Positions 45,069 through 55,679 of a stretch of DNA of 64,000 nt are shown here, one piece after another. The position numbers and the translations under genes were made by a program. The stretch's first letter is position 1; every line of letters starts with the position of its first letter. Below the pieces are notes generated by a model. The model had not been told where the DNA came from, searched no databases, and saw only the letters and a program-made list of their open reading frames with translations. Source of the stretch: Sulfolobales archaeon HS-7 (GTDB taxonomy: Archaea > Thermoproteota > Thermoprotei_A > Sulfolobales > Sulfolobaceae); NCBI GenBank assembly GCA_019704295.1, contig AP024596.1, positions 1,856,001 to 1,920,000 on the forward strand, in the 5' to 3' direction.

Positions 45069-46106
45069 ATGAAAGCTTTTTGGGGGGGCCAGTTCTTATC
45101 ATATTTGGTTAAGCTCGGAGATGTAGATGAGGAGTTACTTGCCTTGGTAGCAGGAAAGTATATAAGCGAGGACTTATTGAAATACCTAAAGTACACATAC
45201 GACCTCAAGCTATATCCTATAATAAATAGAGAGGTAGTAGGCCTTTCGGAGGTTATGATTCAAGCTAATGTTTCCCAAAAAGTGTCTTTGTTTGATATCT
45301 ATTACGCGTTTAACGAATATCCCATATTGATAGTAAGGGACGTAGTGGAGCAGAGAAAAGCAATTATTGACATGGTCGTTCCTCGTGGTTCTGGAGAATA
45401 CATAAAGTCATTAGAGTATGGCTTGAAAATGGGGATATTCCAGTCATATAACATATACTCTGTTAGCGATAAGGTGTTATATCCTCCAGATTTTTCCATG
45501 TTTGACTTTGAAGAAAATTTCTTCAAGGTTGGCACTTCTGATAAAAGGGTCGGCATAAAAGTCAACGACACCTTATTAGATATTATCCCAGATATAGAGG
45601 ACGTGACTCTTATAGGACTAAAGCAGACGAAAGGAAAAATTACGTTGAAGGATATGGCTGAGATAACAGGTTTGCCATTCGAAGAAGTTAGAAGACATTG
45701 GCAGGAACATTGTTCACTTATTGTATCCGGATATAGAATAAACTTAAAACTTCAGGACAAAATTATGGTGAACTTATTGATACCTGAAGGGGAAATCTCG
45801 GACGAGATAACGAAGATACCAATCTTGACAACTGCGACGTTTACGAGGAATGGAATGGTATGGTTAAAATTTACAGCACAAGCTAAAAACATTTACGAGT
45901 ATCTTAATATGATAAACAAAGCGATAAAAGATGTAGACACGGAGTTTGAAATATATTTATCACCTACGCATCCTCAATACGAATATAATTTCACTGCATC
46001 AATACCTTACACTCGATACCTAGGTAATAGAAAGTGGAGGTATGACCTAGAGAAATCTAGGGCTTATTTAGACAGTTTACACGAGAAACTTGCAATAAGG
46101 AACTAG
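45069..46106 (+). CDS. Tandem Lrp/AsnC-like transcriptional regulator (likely start TTG 45105)
   Basis: Internal HTH (ITLKDMAEITGLPFEEVRRHWQEH); two halves end in PDFSMFDF and IPY....W.YD. Confidence 0.65.
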   Translation: MKAFWGGQFLSYLVKLGDVDEELLALVAGKYISEDLLKYLKYTYDLKLYPIINREVVGLSEVMIQANVSQKVSLFDIYYAFNEYPILIVRDVVEQRKAIIDMVVPRGSGEYIKSLEYGLKMGIFQSYNIYSVSDKVLYPPDFSMFDFEENFFKVGTSDKRVGIKVNDTLLDIIPDIEDVTLIGLKQTKGKITLKDMAEITGLPFEEVRRHWQEHCSLIVSGYRINLKLQDKIMVNLLIPEGEISDEITKIPILTTATFTRNGMVWLKFTAQAKNIYEYLNMINKAIKDVDTEFEIYLSPTHPQYEYNFTASIPYTRYLGNRKWRYDLEKSRAYLDSLHEKLAIRN

Positions 46107-46125
46107 AAAATTTTGTAAAGTCTGT

Positions 46126-47094
46126 CTACTTATTTTCATGAGCGCCCTGTTCACACCCTTCGTATATTTTCAGGACAGCTTCAAGGTCTCTTCTGGCAAT
46201 GTAGGGATCCATTGGAACTGTTTTTCCTTTTTCAACTGCGTCAATGAAGCCCTCAATCTCCCTTACTACAGGGTTCATTTTCTCCACTACAATCCTCTCT
46301 CCGTTAAAAATGAGATCACCAAAAGGTTTTCCCGCTTCTCTAGACTTAGGATCTTCTACGATCGTTCCTTTCTCACCGTAGATTTCAAATGCTGGTACAG
46401 GAGGAGGGTTTCGTGCGGCCCAAGAGTAGGTTAACATACCAAGATAATCGCCGAAGTCGAAAATAGCTCCAGAAGTGTCTTCGCCCTCAATTCCTGCGAA
46501 AGTTCTCTTGCACATTCCTTTTACTTCTTTATACTCTCCTCCTAAGTTAAGCATTGTATCGACGAAGTGAATTCCTCCGTCGATAAGTGACCCGTTACCC
46601 ATCATTTCGTAATTCGTTCTCCACCCTTTCACTTTGTTTAGTCTCAAATCCCTAACAAGTATCAGGGATAACGGTTTTATCTTTTCGATTAACTCCTTAG
46701 CCTTCCAAACTGACGTATCGAAGTAAAAATTTTCTAAAACCATAAACTTTACTTTTTTCTCATTCGCTGTGGAAATTAAAGCGTCAGCCTCTTGTAAGTT
46801 CCTTGCTATTGGCTTCTCTAACATGACGTGTTTCCCTGAATTGATTGCCTCTAACCCCATTCTCATATGTTCGTCATGACTAACTACGAGGTCTATTATG
46901 TTAACTTCGGATTCTAAAACTGAGTCGAATTTAGTGAAATATCCTTTTGCCTGAAACTCTTTCATACAGTTTTTAGCTGCCGTTTCATCTCTACTGAAAA
47001 CGTATACCTCTATATCTTTCCTTTTCCTTATATCGGATAAGGCTCGTAGGTGGACTGTTCCGAATCCCCTACAACCTACAACAGCTATTTTCAT
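46126..47094 (-). CDS. Gfo/Idh/MocA oxidoreductase
   Basis: VVGCRGFG, HVMLEKP, DGGIHFVD. Confidence 0.92.
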   Translation of the reverse strand: MKIAVVGCRGFGTVHLRALSDIRKRKDIEVYVFSRDETAAKNCMKEFQAKGYFTKFDSVLESEVNIIDLVVSHDEHMRMGLEAINSGKHVMLEKPIARNLQEADALISTANEKKVKFMVLENFYFDTSVWKAKELIEKIKPLSLILVRDLRLNKVKGWRTNYEMMGNGSLIDGGIHFVDTMLNLGGEYKEVKGMCKRTFAGIEGEDTSGAIFDFGDYLGMLTYSWAARNPPPVPAFEIYGEKGTIVEDPKSREAGKPFGDLIFNGERIVVEKMNPVVREIEGFIDAVEKGKTVPMDPYIARRDLEAVLKIYEGCEQGAHENK

Positions 47095-47469
47095 GAGGGA
47101 ATTTGTAACTTTAAGAATTTAAGATTATTAATTAAGAGAACCGCAGGAATTTTCACATTAATGTCTTAGACAACTACGCTCATAATGAGACTTATTTATC
47201 GCGCCTCGTTAACTCATGATTAGAGATAACATATTCAGTAAACGCTAGCATTCCCTTTCCCGAGTTTTAGAAGTCCACATAGTGTCCCATAATAGCAATG
47301 ACGTTCAATATTAATCTCTAATGTAATTCACGCCAGGATCCACTATTTCCGTCTTATATTCAATATACTCTTTCTCGTAAATACCTTAACTCTACTTGAC
47401 GCTAAAATTTCGTGAACGTAAATCAGAGTTGAACTCTAGCTTAATTTGGTATGAGGAAGAAATGTGTAA

Positions 47470-48180
47470 ATGAACTACGAAGTTCTTATGTGTCCGAGAT
47501 GCGGGGGTGATGTTAAGATCGAAAAAGATAGAGTGGTTTGCATCTTATGTAAAAGGGAATACGCCTTCGTTAATGGCGTATTAGACATGCTGGAGGATAA
47601 GGTATCATGGATCGGATTCTTCGAGAGGCATCCTAGATTTTACGATGTATGGTCTAATGCAGGCTGGTTCCTGTTTAATGGTAGAAAATACTCTTCGTTA
47701 ATTAAGGATGTACTTGAGGGATTCAATAAGGGTATTCTTCTCGACGCAGCTACAGGTACAGGGGCTGTTCTCAGATCGTTAATGAGCGACAGTGGTATTG
47801 GAATTGATCTGTCCCTTCCAATGTTAACTTATGCGAAGAGCAAGGTAAAATCGTTATTAATACGAGGCAGTATAGAAAAACTTCCAATAAAGTCAGAGTC
47901 AATAGATTTTTACACTTGTAATATGGCTTTGCACATACTGAACGATAAGAGTAAAGTATTTGCCGAGATGTCGAGAGTTCTAAAGAAGGGGGGTATTGCT
48001 TCCGTGAGCGTAATAACAAAGGATAATTTGAAGGGGAGTATAATGTCCCGTGCTTTTGGGTTAAAGGATTACTCGGAAAATGATTACATTAACACCGCTT
48101 CAAATGAAGGTTTAACTCTATACAAGAGGAAAAGGGTAGGTCCTGTATCCGTTATAAAGTTTTATAAGGGTAATAGTTAA
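47470..48180 (+). CDS. Class I SAM methyltransferase with N-terminal Trm112-like Zn ribbon
   Basis: CPRC...CILC..Y...GV; LLDAATGTG, GIDLS..ML, RVLKKGG. Confidence 0.88.
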   Translation: MNYEVLMCPRCGGDVKIEKDRVVCILCKREYAFVNGVLDMLEDKVSWIGFFERHPRFYDVWSNAGWFLFNGRKYSSLIKDVLEGFNKGILLDAATGTGAVLRSLMSDSGIGIDLSLPMLTYAKSKVKSLLIRGSIEKLPIKSESIDFYTCNMALHILNDKSKVFAEMSRVLKKGGIASVSVITKDNLKGSIMSRAFGLKDYSENDYINTASNEGLTLYKRKRVGPVSVIKFYKGNS

Positions 48181-48276
48181 GGGTCGTCTTAATTAGTGTT
48201 AAACCTCTAGTTTAGCAAACTTTATACAAATAAGAGTAATTTGAAAGAGGTAAAAGAACTAATGCTTAAATACATT

Positions 48277-48675
48277 TTATTGAATTTTCTTTATTTCTAT
48301 TTCGATCTCTTTAGAAAAGTTATCGAACCATCTCTCTATAAAAAAAACTCCAGATATTTTTTCCATCCAACCTTCGTAGCTAAAGAGCGTAACAATTTCA
48401 TGTTCGTCGACTTCAAAAGTTAGCTCTCCCCTTCCCGTTTTCCCACCGGTTGTTAATGTAAATGAATATTTTATGGTATTATTAGACAGTTCCTTATAAA
48501 TATTAAGAGTGAATTTCATACCTAAGAACTTACCTGACCCTTTATACCCATTCCCTATGCCTTCAATCTCTTTTACCGGGGGGAAAAGCTTTGGGAAAAC
48601 GTAATCGACTTCGCTAATTTTTTCCATGACTAATTCTCTAGGTGCTTGATATGAAAATCTGTATTCCTTTTTCAT
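48277..48675 (-). CDS. START/SRPBCC-fold protein (STK_08120-like)
   Basis: 132 aa helix-grip pattern, FPKLFPP, YEG. Confidence 0.6.
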   Translation of the reverse strand: MKKEYRFSYQAPRELVMEKISEVDYVFPKLFPPVKEIEGIGNGYKGSGKFLGMKFTLNIYKELSNNTIKYSFTLTTGGKTGRGELTFEVDEHEIVTLFSYEGWMEKISGVFFIERWFDNFSKEIEIEIKKIQ

Positions 48676-48696
48676 TACGTTCTCACGTTATTTCTA

Positions 48697-49503
48697 CTAT
48701 CCGCGTTCCTCTTGTGCTCTAGAAATTTTCGGAAGAGTAATATTATCTATAGATATCTCATATGCTGAAATATCGACCTTACCCTTTTCTAGAAATAGTT
48801 TACCTAATGCAGTCTCACCGGTGTAAATTTCTCCTCCCCTCCGCATCATGTTCTTTTTAAGTTCTCCGTTGATAATAGTTGCATTAAATTGGAATCTCTC
48901 TCCCTTCATTGTAACAACGCCTATCTCTATCTGGGAAATAAATTCCTTCATTTTCTGAATTGCCAGTTCAATTTCTCCCGTATATTTCCCTATTTCAATA
49001 AGTTCTAATCCCTGTGATTCTGATGTGAAGAAGAATTGGTAGTAGGGGACTATATGCGCATCTACCATGTGCTGGGCTAGCTGGAACTGAGACTTACCAA
49101 AGAGCTTTTCGAGAGTGCTACTTTGATAAGTTACGTCCAAGCTCAATTTCAGAATAGTTTCGGCAGAAAACTCCTTTGCATATACGTTTAGTTTCCACCT
49201 GAATTTATCGTCGTCAGACCATCCCGTAACCTCAATTCCGTTCGAGTTGATATACGGACCTTTCATTATCCCTAAGGTCTCGCTCATCTTAGTCTCTGGA
49301 GTTCCGAAAATGTAAATTACCCTAAAATCGTCCCTTACTGGACTAACCAATTCATTCGGGGACACGTATTTCCTTTTTGACGAATCGTATATTTGGAGGA
49401 GCTGCACGTGACCCAATATGCCCGCTATTTTGAAAGGGTCTGTAAAGTCTTTTAGAACTCTAACCTTACTAGCTTGTACTCTGATTTCCTTATCATATAA
49501 CAT
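48697..49503 (-). CDS. START/SRPBCC-like N-terminal domain plus C-terminal domain, hypothetical
   Basis: DPFKIAGILGH, AQHMVDAHIVPY; the ORF extension to 49629 runs into a MITE. Confidence 0.6.
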   Translation of the reverse strand: MLYDKEIRVQASKVRVLKDFTDPFKIAGILGHVQLLQIYDSSKRKYVSPNELVSPVRDDFRVIYIFGTPETKMSETLGIMKGPYINSNGIEVTGWSDDDKFRWKLNVYAKEFSAETILKLSLDVTYQSSTLEKLFGKSQFQLAQHMVDAHIVPYYQFFFTSESQGLELIEIGKYTGEIELAIQKMKEFISQIEIGVVTMKGERFQFNATIINGELKKNMMRRGGEIYTGETALGKLFLEKGKVDISAYEISIDNITLPKISRAQEERG

Positions 49504-49573
49504 TATTGCTCTAGAGGAACATAATATCGATAACTTAAAAGCTTTATAAGAATTTTTTTTCTTTTTTTCTGTG

Positions 49574-49733
49574 TGGCCGTTTACACTTGATTGCAAATTC
49601 AGTTTATTTAGAAAGTAGGATAAATTCAATTGAATGCGATCGTATTGACTGGTAGAGATAGGTGTTTAACTATTTCCTTTATTCAATCCCTATTTGCTAT
49701 AATTACAATTAGCAATGGAAACCTGAATCGCCC
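49574..49733 (-). mobile_element. 160-bp MITE, family 2, with 6-bp TSD TCTGTG
   Basis: Full-length inverted homologue of 62471-62630; tctgtg at 49568-49573 and 49734-49739. Confidence 0.85.
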
Positions 49734-49869
49734 TCTGTGCAGTATATGTCTATATATTAAGAGATAAAATTAGATCAAGTTATGTGTTACTAAAAGCTAC
49801 TATTTAGGTTAGAGGCCTGAGTGGCTCATATTGGCTGTTAGTAATTATATAGAGCTGTGAAGTGTCAAA

Positions 49870-50991
49870 CTATGATGTCTTTATACATTCGAGTATCTCA
49901 TCAAAACTTTTGCTTGTCTTAAAACCCAACTCGTCAAAGTGAGTTCTAGAGGCTTTTCCTAAACACTCTATAAATTTTTCCATCTTAGGTAGATTTACTT
50001 TCCTTTTTGATGCTAAGGACGTTAAATTCCAATAGTGAGTAGTTTGATAAGGCATCTCTTGTAGTATCATCTGCATAAATTTCTTCACCCTATTAAATGT
50101 ATACAAATACTGAAAACTTCCTAAATTAGCATAAAACTGTTCTATAATAGAGTTTTCCCATAAACTACCAAGCCAAAGTGGACCTGCAATAATGGTCTTG
50201 CCATTACATCTAGGACAACTCCCTATTCTATTCTTTTCAACCACAGCAAAACCACATACACTGCATTCTATATAAAACCCAACGTTATCGAGGAGAGAGT
50301 CCGCGAGTTTAGCACCCCTTTTAATATTTAATATTACCCTAAAGTAATGATCTCTAAAAAATGCAAATATAGGTCTTGCAGCTAAATCTAGACTTGCCGC
50401 CTCCTGAATTATCTTATAGATTAATATTCGTACTCCTGCTTCTTTATTGAAAGAGAGCTTCTGATTCTCCCCTATATATTTTCTCTTGCATGCATTAGGT
50501 GCACTGCCCATTAAGGGAGAAAGATCGGTAGCAGTCACCGCAAGATAACCGTTATTCCTGATCGCATTTAGTGAAGGTATTAGAAAGGGGACTGGACTTC
50601 CAAATGGATCTAGATCGACTAACTGCGCAGTAATCGAGTAAAGTACACTACTAGCATCACCGTTGGTTATTACCGCGTTAATATGATTTTTCCTAGAATT
50701 CTGGTTCATGAGAGATACTGCTAATGGATTAATATCATTGAGAAACAGAGACTCAACGCCAGCCTCTAACTGATATCTTATACCCCTTACACCTGAAGCC
50801 GCTAAGGGTTCCGCGCATTCCTTTACCTTTAGAAGAGAAGTAATAATAACTGAGACATCCCTGTTAAACACCATCTTGGGGTTATAAAATACAGGCAGCC
50901 AAGCAGGATCAAACTTTCCGTCTTTTTCATATGCCTTTGGGTCTGGTACCAATAGTTTAGCTTTACCTTCAGTTATTTCTATGAGATTCAT
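49870..50991 (-). CDS. trm1: tRNA (guanine-26-N2)-dimethyltransferase
   Basis: VFYNPKM..NRD, AASGVRGIRY, DLDPFGSP, TATD, GPLWLG. Confidence 0.96.
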   Translation of the reverse strand: MNLIEITEGKAKLLVPDPKAYEKDGKFDPAWLPVFYNPKMVFNRDVSVIITSLLKVKECAEPLAASGVRGIRYQLEAGVESLFLNDINPLAVSLMNQNSRKNHINAVITNGDASSVLYSITAQLVDLDPFGSPVPFLIPSLNAIRNNGYLAVTATDLSPLMGSAPNACKRKYIGENQKLSFNKEAGVRILIYKIIQEAASLDLAARPIFAFFRDHYFRVILNIKRGAKLADSLLDNVGFYIECSVCGFAVVEKNRIGSCPRCNGKTIIAGPLWLGSLWENSIIEQFYANLGSFQYLYTFNRVKKFMQMILQEMPYQTTHYWNLTSLASKRKVNLPKMEKFIECLGKASRTHFDELGFKTSKSFDEILECIKTS

Positions 50992-51877
50992 TAATGACCT
51001 CTGGAATTTTAGACAATTCGGAACTCATTAAAACTTCTTTCCCTTTTCTCCTCGCTTCCTCTGCAACGTTTTGGGAATCGGCTATAACTATCATTAAACC
51101 CTTTATATTTTCAGCTATTTTTTCAGACTCATTAATCTTCTTAAATATCTTACCCTCTTTATCCTCCCTAGTAAGAAATATAGTGTTTTCTCTATATTTT
51201 GATATAAAATCTACAGGCGTTCTCCTCAAATCCGTGGTCGGTATTCCCATTTCATTTAATTGCCTGGCAATCTTGCTAGTTGTATTAACTTCTAATTTTT
51301 CGGAACTTTGATAGTCAGTAGGTCCTGCTAAGATCGACTCTCCTAATACCTCTACTAGTTTCTCGGCGACGTTAACGGCAACACATACTATTGTTTGATT
51401 TTCGTATTCATATATAGATTTACTTGTAACTCCAACCTCCTCTGCAAGTTTTCCCCTACTTATTCCCAGTTTTTCCCTTTCTCTTTTTAACTCAACTGAG
51501 TTAATTCTGACGAAAATATTGCCCTTTTTTCTCACAAAGAACAATTTCTCGCCATTTACCGCTCTATTTAATCCCTCAGTAGATATGGCGTTAATTCCAC
51601 TTTTTTCAAGAATTACGTCGTCACCGACTATCTCCTCTGCTACTACTAGAGGCGTGGTATTAGTGGCAATTGATAATTTCTTTAAATCGCTAATTTCCTC
51701 TATATCTACTTTGTCAATTTTTGATACAGCCTTTATCGCAACTTTTTCGTTGTCCTTACTGGCAACTATATCTATAGACTTCTTCCCACCATCAGGATAC
51801 TCGATTCTGCTTATCGAGAACCTATTGCTTTTCATTATCGTTTCTACATCATCTAATAGGCGTTCGACTCCCTTCAT
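50969..51877 (-). CDS. Archaeal HTH-type transcriptional regulator (COG1395-like)
   Basis: SIDIVA N-terminal domain; XRE HTH REKLGISRGKLAEEVGVTSKSIYEYE. Confidence 0.85.
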   Translation of the reverse strand: MKGVERLLDDVETIMKSNRFSISRIEYPDGGKKSIDIVASKDNEKVAIKAVSKIDKVDIEEISDLKKLSIATNTTPLVVAEEIVGDDVILEKSGINAISTEGLNRAVNGEKLFFVRKKGNIFVRINSVELKREREKLGISRGKLAEEVGVTSKSIYEYENQTIVCVAVNVAEKLVEVLGESILAGPTDYQSSEKLEVNTTSKIARQLNEMGIPTTDLRRTPVDFISKYRENTIFLTREDKEGKIFKKINESEKIAENIKGLMIVIADSQNVAEEARRKGKEVLMSSELSKIPEVINESHRNN

Positions 51878-52260
51878 CTCTCAGACTAACTAAAATTATG
51901 ATACTTTTTCCTTTTAAAGATTTTGAATGATATCAATATTTTAGCACATTTATTTGGACTAACAGGTCGATTCCAAGAAAGGTGAACTATGCACTTATCA
52001 GTAGATCAAAAGTAGTTTATCCTTTTAAATGCTTAGAATATTAATGATAAAAATAATTTGTGTTACGAAATAAATATGTGGTAAAAAGCTTAAGCAAGGT
52101 TTCTCGTATTACCTTATAAGAGGCAGGAAAGGATTCCGCTGGAATTTCATGGTGGCCTACGGAGGCAAACAGATTCTAGGGTTTACTATGATCTGACTCT
52201 AACAGAGAATAAGGCCAAGATTATTGGCGATAACTTAACACACAATTCTATAAACTTACG

Positions 52261-52382
52261 GCCCTTTCCTGAGTTTTGGGAACTTTACAGTACTAAATGA
52301 CAAGGCAATTGAGGGTTTTTTAATTCCAACCAGCTTATTATAATAGCATTTATCGCGATTTACGTGAAATTCGGGAAACATT
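52261..52382 (-). mobile_element. ~120-bp MITE, family 1, copy C
   Basis: Reverse complement aligns end to end with 14971-15090 (ttcccgaattt..cgtaa, tggaattaaaa, tcaattgc, aggaaag). Confidence 0.7.
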
Positions 52383-52508
52383 GTTAAGAATTACTTACGA
52401 ACGTCTACTAAATTCTCGATCCGTTAGGAGGACGTATAAAAAGGTAAGGAGTTAAATAGAGTAATTCAGGGAAAAAAGCTAAATCCTCTCCAAGATGTGT
52501 TATTTCTT

Positions 52509-53186
52509 CTACACCTGATTATTTAATCTGTATCTAGATAAAATATCATTTATTATTGACGTTGTACTTGAGTGCTTCCACTTATCAAACCTCTCAGGTA
52601 CTCTGACTATTTGCGCGTGTATTCCGCTTTCCTTTAATCTAACACTTAGTTTCTCCTCGTCGATACTCTGATCCGGACCTAACACTATAACATCAGGCTT
52701 TACCATCTCTACGCTTTTGAATATGTCATTTTTATCTCCTAAGAAAGCTTCATGAACGTACCTGATGGAGGCTATTACTTGCAATCTTTCTTGTTCGGTG
52801 TTTATTGGATGTCTTTTTTTGAACTTCTGTACATTCGCATCCCTAGCTACCGCTACGTAAACTCTTCCGTATTTCGACGCTTCCCTTAGGAACTCTATAT
52901 GCCCTGGGTGAATAATATCGAAAGTACCTCCTACAAACACCTTCTTTGAAACATTTGATTCAGGATCTATAGATTGAGAAATAAGTAACGCATCAAGTAA
53001 ACCTTCGGCATAAGCTATATCCACTAATGCGGTATCTAATTCGCCTTTCTCCAGATAGTATTTAGCGTCGTCCTTATAGTTACGAATTAATGATAATATC
53101 TTTTCATTAACTCCTTGGGGGATATTGTTTAGCTTCCTTTCTATTCCAATTATATACTTCCTTACTCTTTCCTCTTCTAAAGACAT
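52509..53186 (-). CDS. ribL: FAD synthase (RibL) with N-terminal DUF357 domain
   Basis: Y..DAKYY..KG...YAEGLLDA; [23 protein letters not shown]. Confidence 0.88.
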   Translation of the reverse strand: MSLEEERVRKYIIGIERKLNNIPQGVNEKILSLIRNYKDDAKYYLEKGELDTALVDIAYAEGLLDALLISQSIDPESNVSKKVFVGGTFDIIHPGHIEFLREASKYGRVYVAVARDANVQKFKKRHPINTEQERLQVIASIRYVHEAFLGDKNDIFKSVEMVKPDVIVLGPDQSIDEEKLSVRLKESGIHAQIVRVPERFDKWKHSSTTSIINDILSRYRLNNQV

Positions 53187-53923
53187 TTTAAAGCCTCCTC
53201 TTCTATAGAAGACAGTTTTGAAGGAAAAATAACTATATGTGGTCCACCTGTCTTATATTTATATACGACCTGATTAATATCCATATACTTTACCGTCTCG
53301 TTATCACAGCCTAGCTGCGAACCGACGATCACCTTTGTATCGGGATATACTATATGTCCTCCTTCGCTTTTCTCAAATTCTAATAGTAGTTCCATCGCTC
53401 TTCCTGCCGTCATATAATAGTCTTCCTTTAGATCCATGTAAAGGATTGTATGTAAACCACGCTCGTGGTTTTCCTTAATAACCCTATACGGTGTAGGATC
53501 TTTTCCCTCAACTATAGTAACCGATTTTCCAAATTTATATGATGATAACATTGATTTCGAAATTATATAACAGTGGACCGATACGCCAGGCACAATTGAA
53601 AAGTTAATTCCTTCTTCTCTCGCTGAAATTGGAATTATACTGTGAGTGGTAGATATTAATGGGTCACCGACTACAGCTATTGCTATCGATTTCTCTTTGG
53701 CAATGGCTAGGATTTTTTTAATTCCCCTTCCCTCTAAATCGCTTCTGTAGATCTTAGTCACTGGTTTACCGACCATCGAGTAGATAAGGGCCTCATTCCA
53801 ACCGCAAGAAGTCGATGTATATCCATCTAAGAATATAATATCACTATTCCTCATAACGCTTAATCCAGCTTCTGTGAGGAATTTAGGCGAAAGTCCAAGC
53901 CCTACTAAAGATACTCCTGTCAT
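53177..53923 (-). CDS. dph5: Diphthine synthase
   Basis: [31 protein letters not shown]. Confidence 0.93.
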   Translation of the reverse strand: MTGVSLVGLGLSPKFLTEAGLSVMRNSDIIFLDGYTSTSCGWNEALIYSMVGKPVTKIYRSDLEGRGIKKILAIAKEKSIAIAVVGDPLISTTHSIIPISAREEGINFSIVPGVSVHCYIISKSMLSSYKFGKSVTIVEGKDPTPYRVIKENHERGLHTILYMDLKEDYYMTAGRAMELLLEFEKSEGGHIVYPDTKVIVGSQLGCDNETVKYMDINQVVYKYKTGGPHIVIFPSKLSSIEEEALKCL

Positions 53924-53958
53924 AAAGTATTAAAATCGCCTAGGTATTACATAAAATT

Positions 53959-54705
53959 ATGCTAACGCTTGCGGAAGAACTTTACATAGCGGATGATTTA
54001 CCGATATTGTTTGATAAAGCCTTAAATTCAATAGTTTTATCTGACGTCCATATAGGATATGAAGAAGAATTAGCTAAAAAGGGAGTATTTCTTCCCCACG
54101 TGCAGAAGAAAAGATTCTTAGATTTATATAAGAGAGCCGTTAATATCTTTTCGACAAAAAATATCATTATAAATGGCGATATGAAACACATTTTTGAGAA
54201 GCTAGGGAGAACGGAGAGAGAAGAGCTTACCGAAATATTCAAGTTTTTAAAGGAAGACGGAGCTAATGTTATGTTAGTATTGGGAAACCATGATAACTAT
54301 ATCACAATTGTTACTGATAAATATGATAATATTCAAGTTACGGATGAACTTAGAACCGCTAATAGACTCTACATGCATGGACATAAGGAAGTCAGTTCCC
54401 TAGAGAAATATGTAATAATAGGACATGAACACCCTAGGCTTAGTATGAGGGATCGAATAGGTTATGCTAGAAAAATGCCGTGCTTCTTAAAAGTTCCCCG
54501 AAGGGATGGTGGTTATATTATAGTTTTACCGTCATTAGGACTTTACCAATCTGGAAACGATATAACTCTCTCCCACAGTTCCTTCCTTTCTCCAATTATG
54601 AGGAAAGAAGCGATGCTAGTTCGTGCTAAACCCTTTGTAATAATAGAGTCGCAAGGAATTATGGAGTTCCCAGAATTAGGTGTGATAGCTGATCTCATTT
54701 CCTGA
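53959..54705 (+). CDS. Metallophosphoesterase (ICC-like, COG1407)
   Basis: SDVHIG, NGD, GNHD, HGH, GHEHP. Confidence 0.92.
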   Translation: MLTLAEELYIADDLPILFDKALNSIVLSDVHIGYEEELAKKGVFLPHVQKKRFLDLYKRAVNIFSTKNIIINGDMKHIFEKLGRTEREELTEIFKFLKEDGANVMLVLGNHDNYITIVTDKYDNIQVTDELRTANRLYMHGHKEVSSLEKYVIIGHEHPRLSMRDRIGYARKMPCFLKVPRRDGGYIIVLPSLGLYQSGNDITLSHSSFLSPIMRKEAMLVRAKPFVIIESQGIMEFPELGVIADLIS

Positions 54706-55226
54706 ATTATTACGCACTCACGGACGGAGCTTCCTACTTCTCCGCTAGTAGTAGACGACTCTACAGCACTGATGGTCGTTATGACCCCCATTGAAATCGA
54801 TACTCATCATGCCCGACATGATACAGTGTCAAATATGTAATAAATATAATTTACTTTATTAACTAAATTTTTATGAGAAAAACAATTACCAAGAACCCAA
54901 CTAACAGAATAATGCTTAAGGGGGTTACGCCTAGGTTATACCATGGTCATTGTAATCTACCAAAACGCAATTCCTAAGAGTACTTAGGGTGGAAAAGTAG
55001 ATATCTTTTGCAAGGAAATGCTTAAGGAGTTGGAGGATATATTTGACAGGGAGTTCAAGGGCCTTATGTTCTCCAAGCACAAACCCTTCCACGGGGAAAA
55101 CATGTAACACTAGGGATGAGGACAGCGATATTCCTACAAGGGTTTAGTCTTAAGAGGTACAAGTTGTCCAAGTGTAAGAACGTTAAGGAACATAACGTTA
55201 ACGTATAGTTCTGGACTCACTGTTCA

Positions 55227-55465
55227 TACAGCTGTGTTAGAGGCAAAGTATGTAGCTCCTCTACGGGTGTCTTGATCCTTTTGCCCTCCTTGAACAAAAC
55301 TGGTAGTTTCACGCCGACGTAGAACGGTTCATAGATCTTTCTCCTACCATTCACCAAGTTCACGAAGCCCTTGAGAAAGCGGAAACTAGAGTACCCTTTC
55401 CTTTTAGCCTCCTTTTCCTACTTTGGGACCAATTCCTCCTCAAGGGCATTCCTCCTTCCTCGACT
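55227..55465 (-). pseudogene. Transposase C-terminal remnant
   Basis: Minus frame reads NALEEELVPK*EKEAKRKGYSSFRFLKGFVNLVNGRR...KTPVEEL with an internal stop. Confidence 0.4.
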
Positions 55466-55633
55466 AATTTGTTTAATAATGTCCGCTGCGAAAGCAGTTG
55501 TTAGATGAGCAGGAACGTAATACCGTATTCTGTAAGGGCTGTTACTTCAACTTGTTCCACGATATTATCTCTACTCGTCCACTATTCCGTATTATCAAGT
55601 TCACAATGAATTTATTGATTCCAGACTAATAAA

Positions 55634-55668
55634 ATAAAGTGAATTCACAATGAACGCGTAAGCGACCC
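55634..55668 (+). repeat. Right end of MITE family 2 (partial copy)
   Basis: gaattcacaatgaacgcgtaagcgaccc matches gaattcgcaatgaacacgtgaacggccc at 62603-62630. Confidence 0.6.
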
Positions 55669-55679
55669 TATACCTAACT

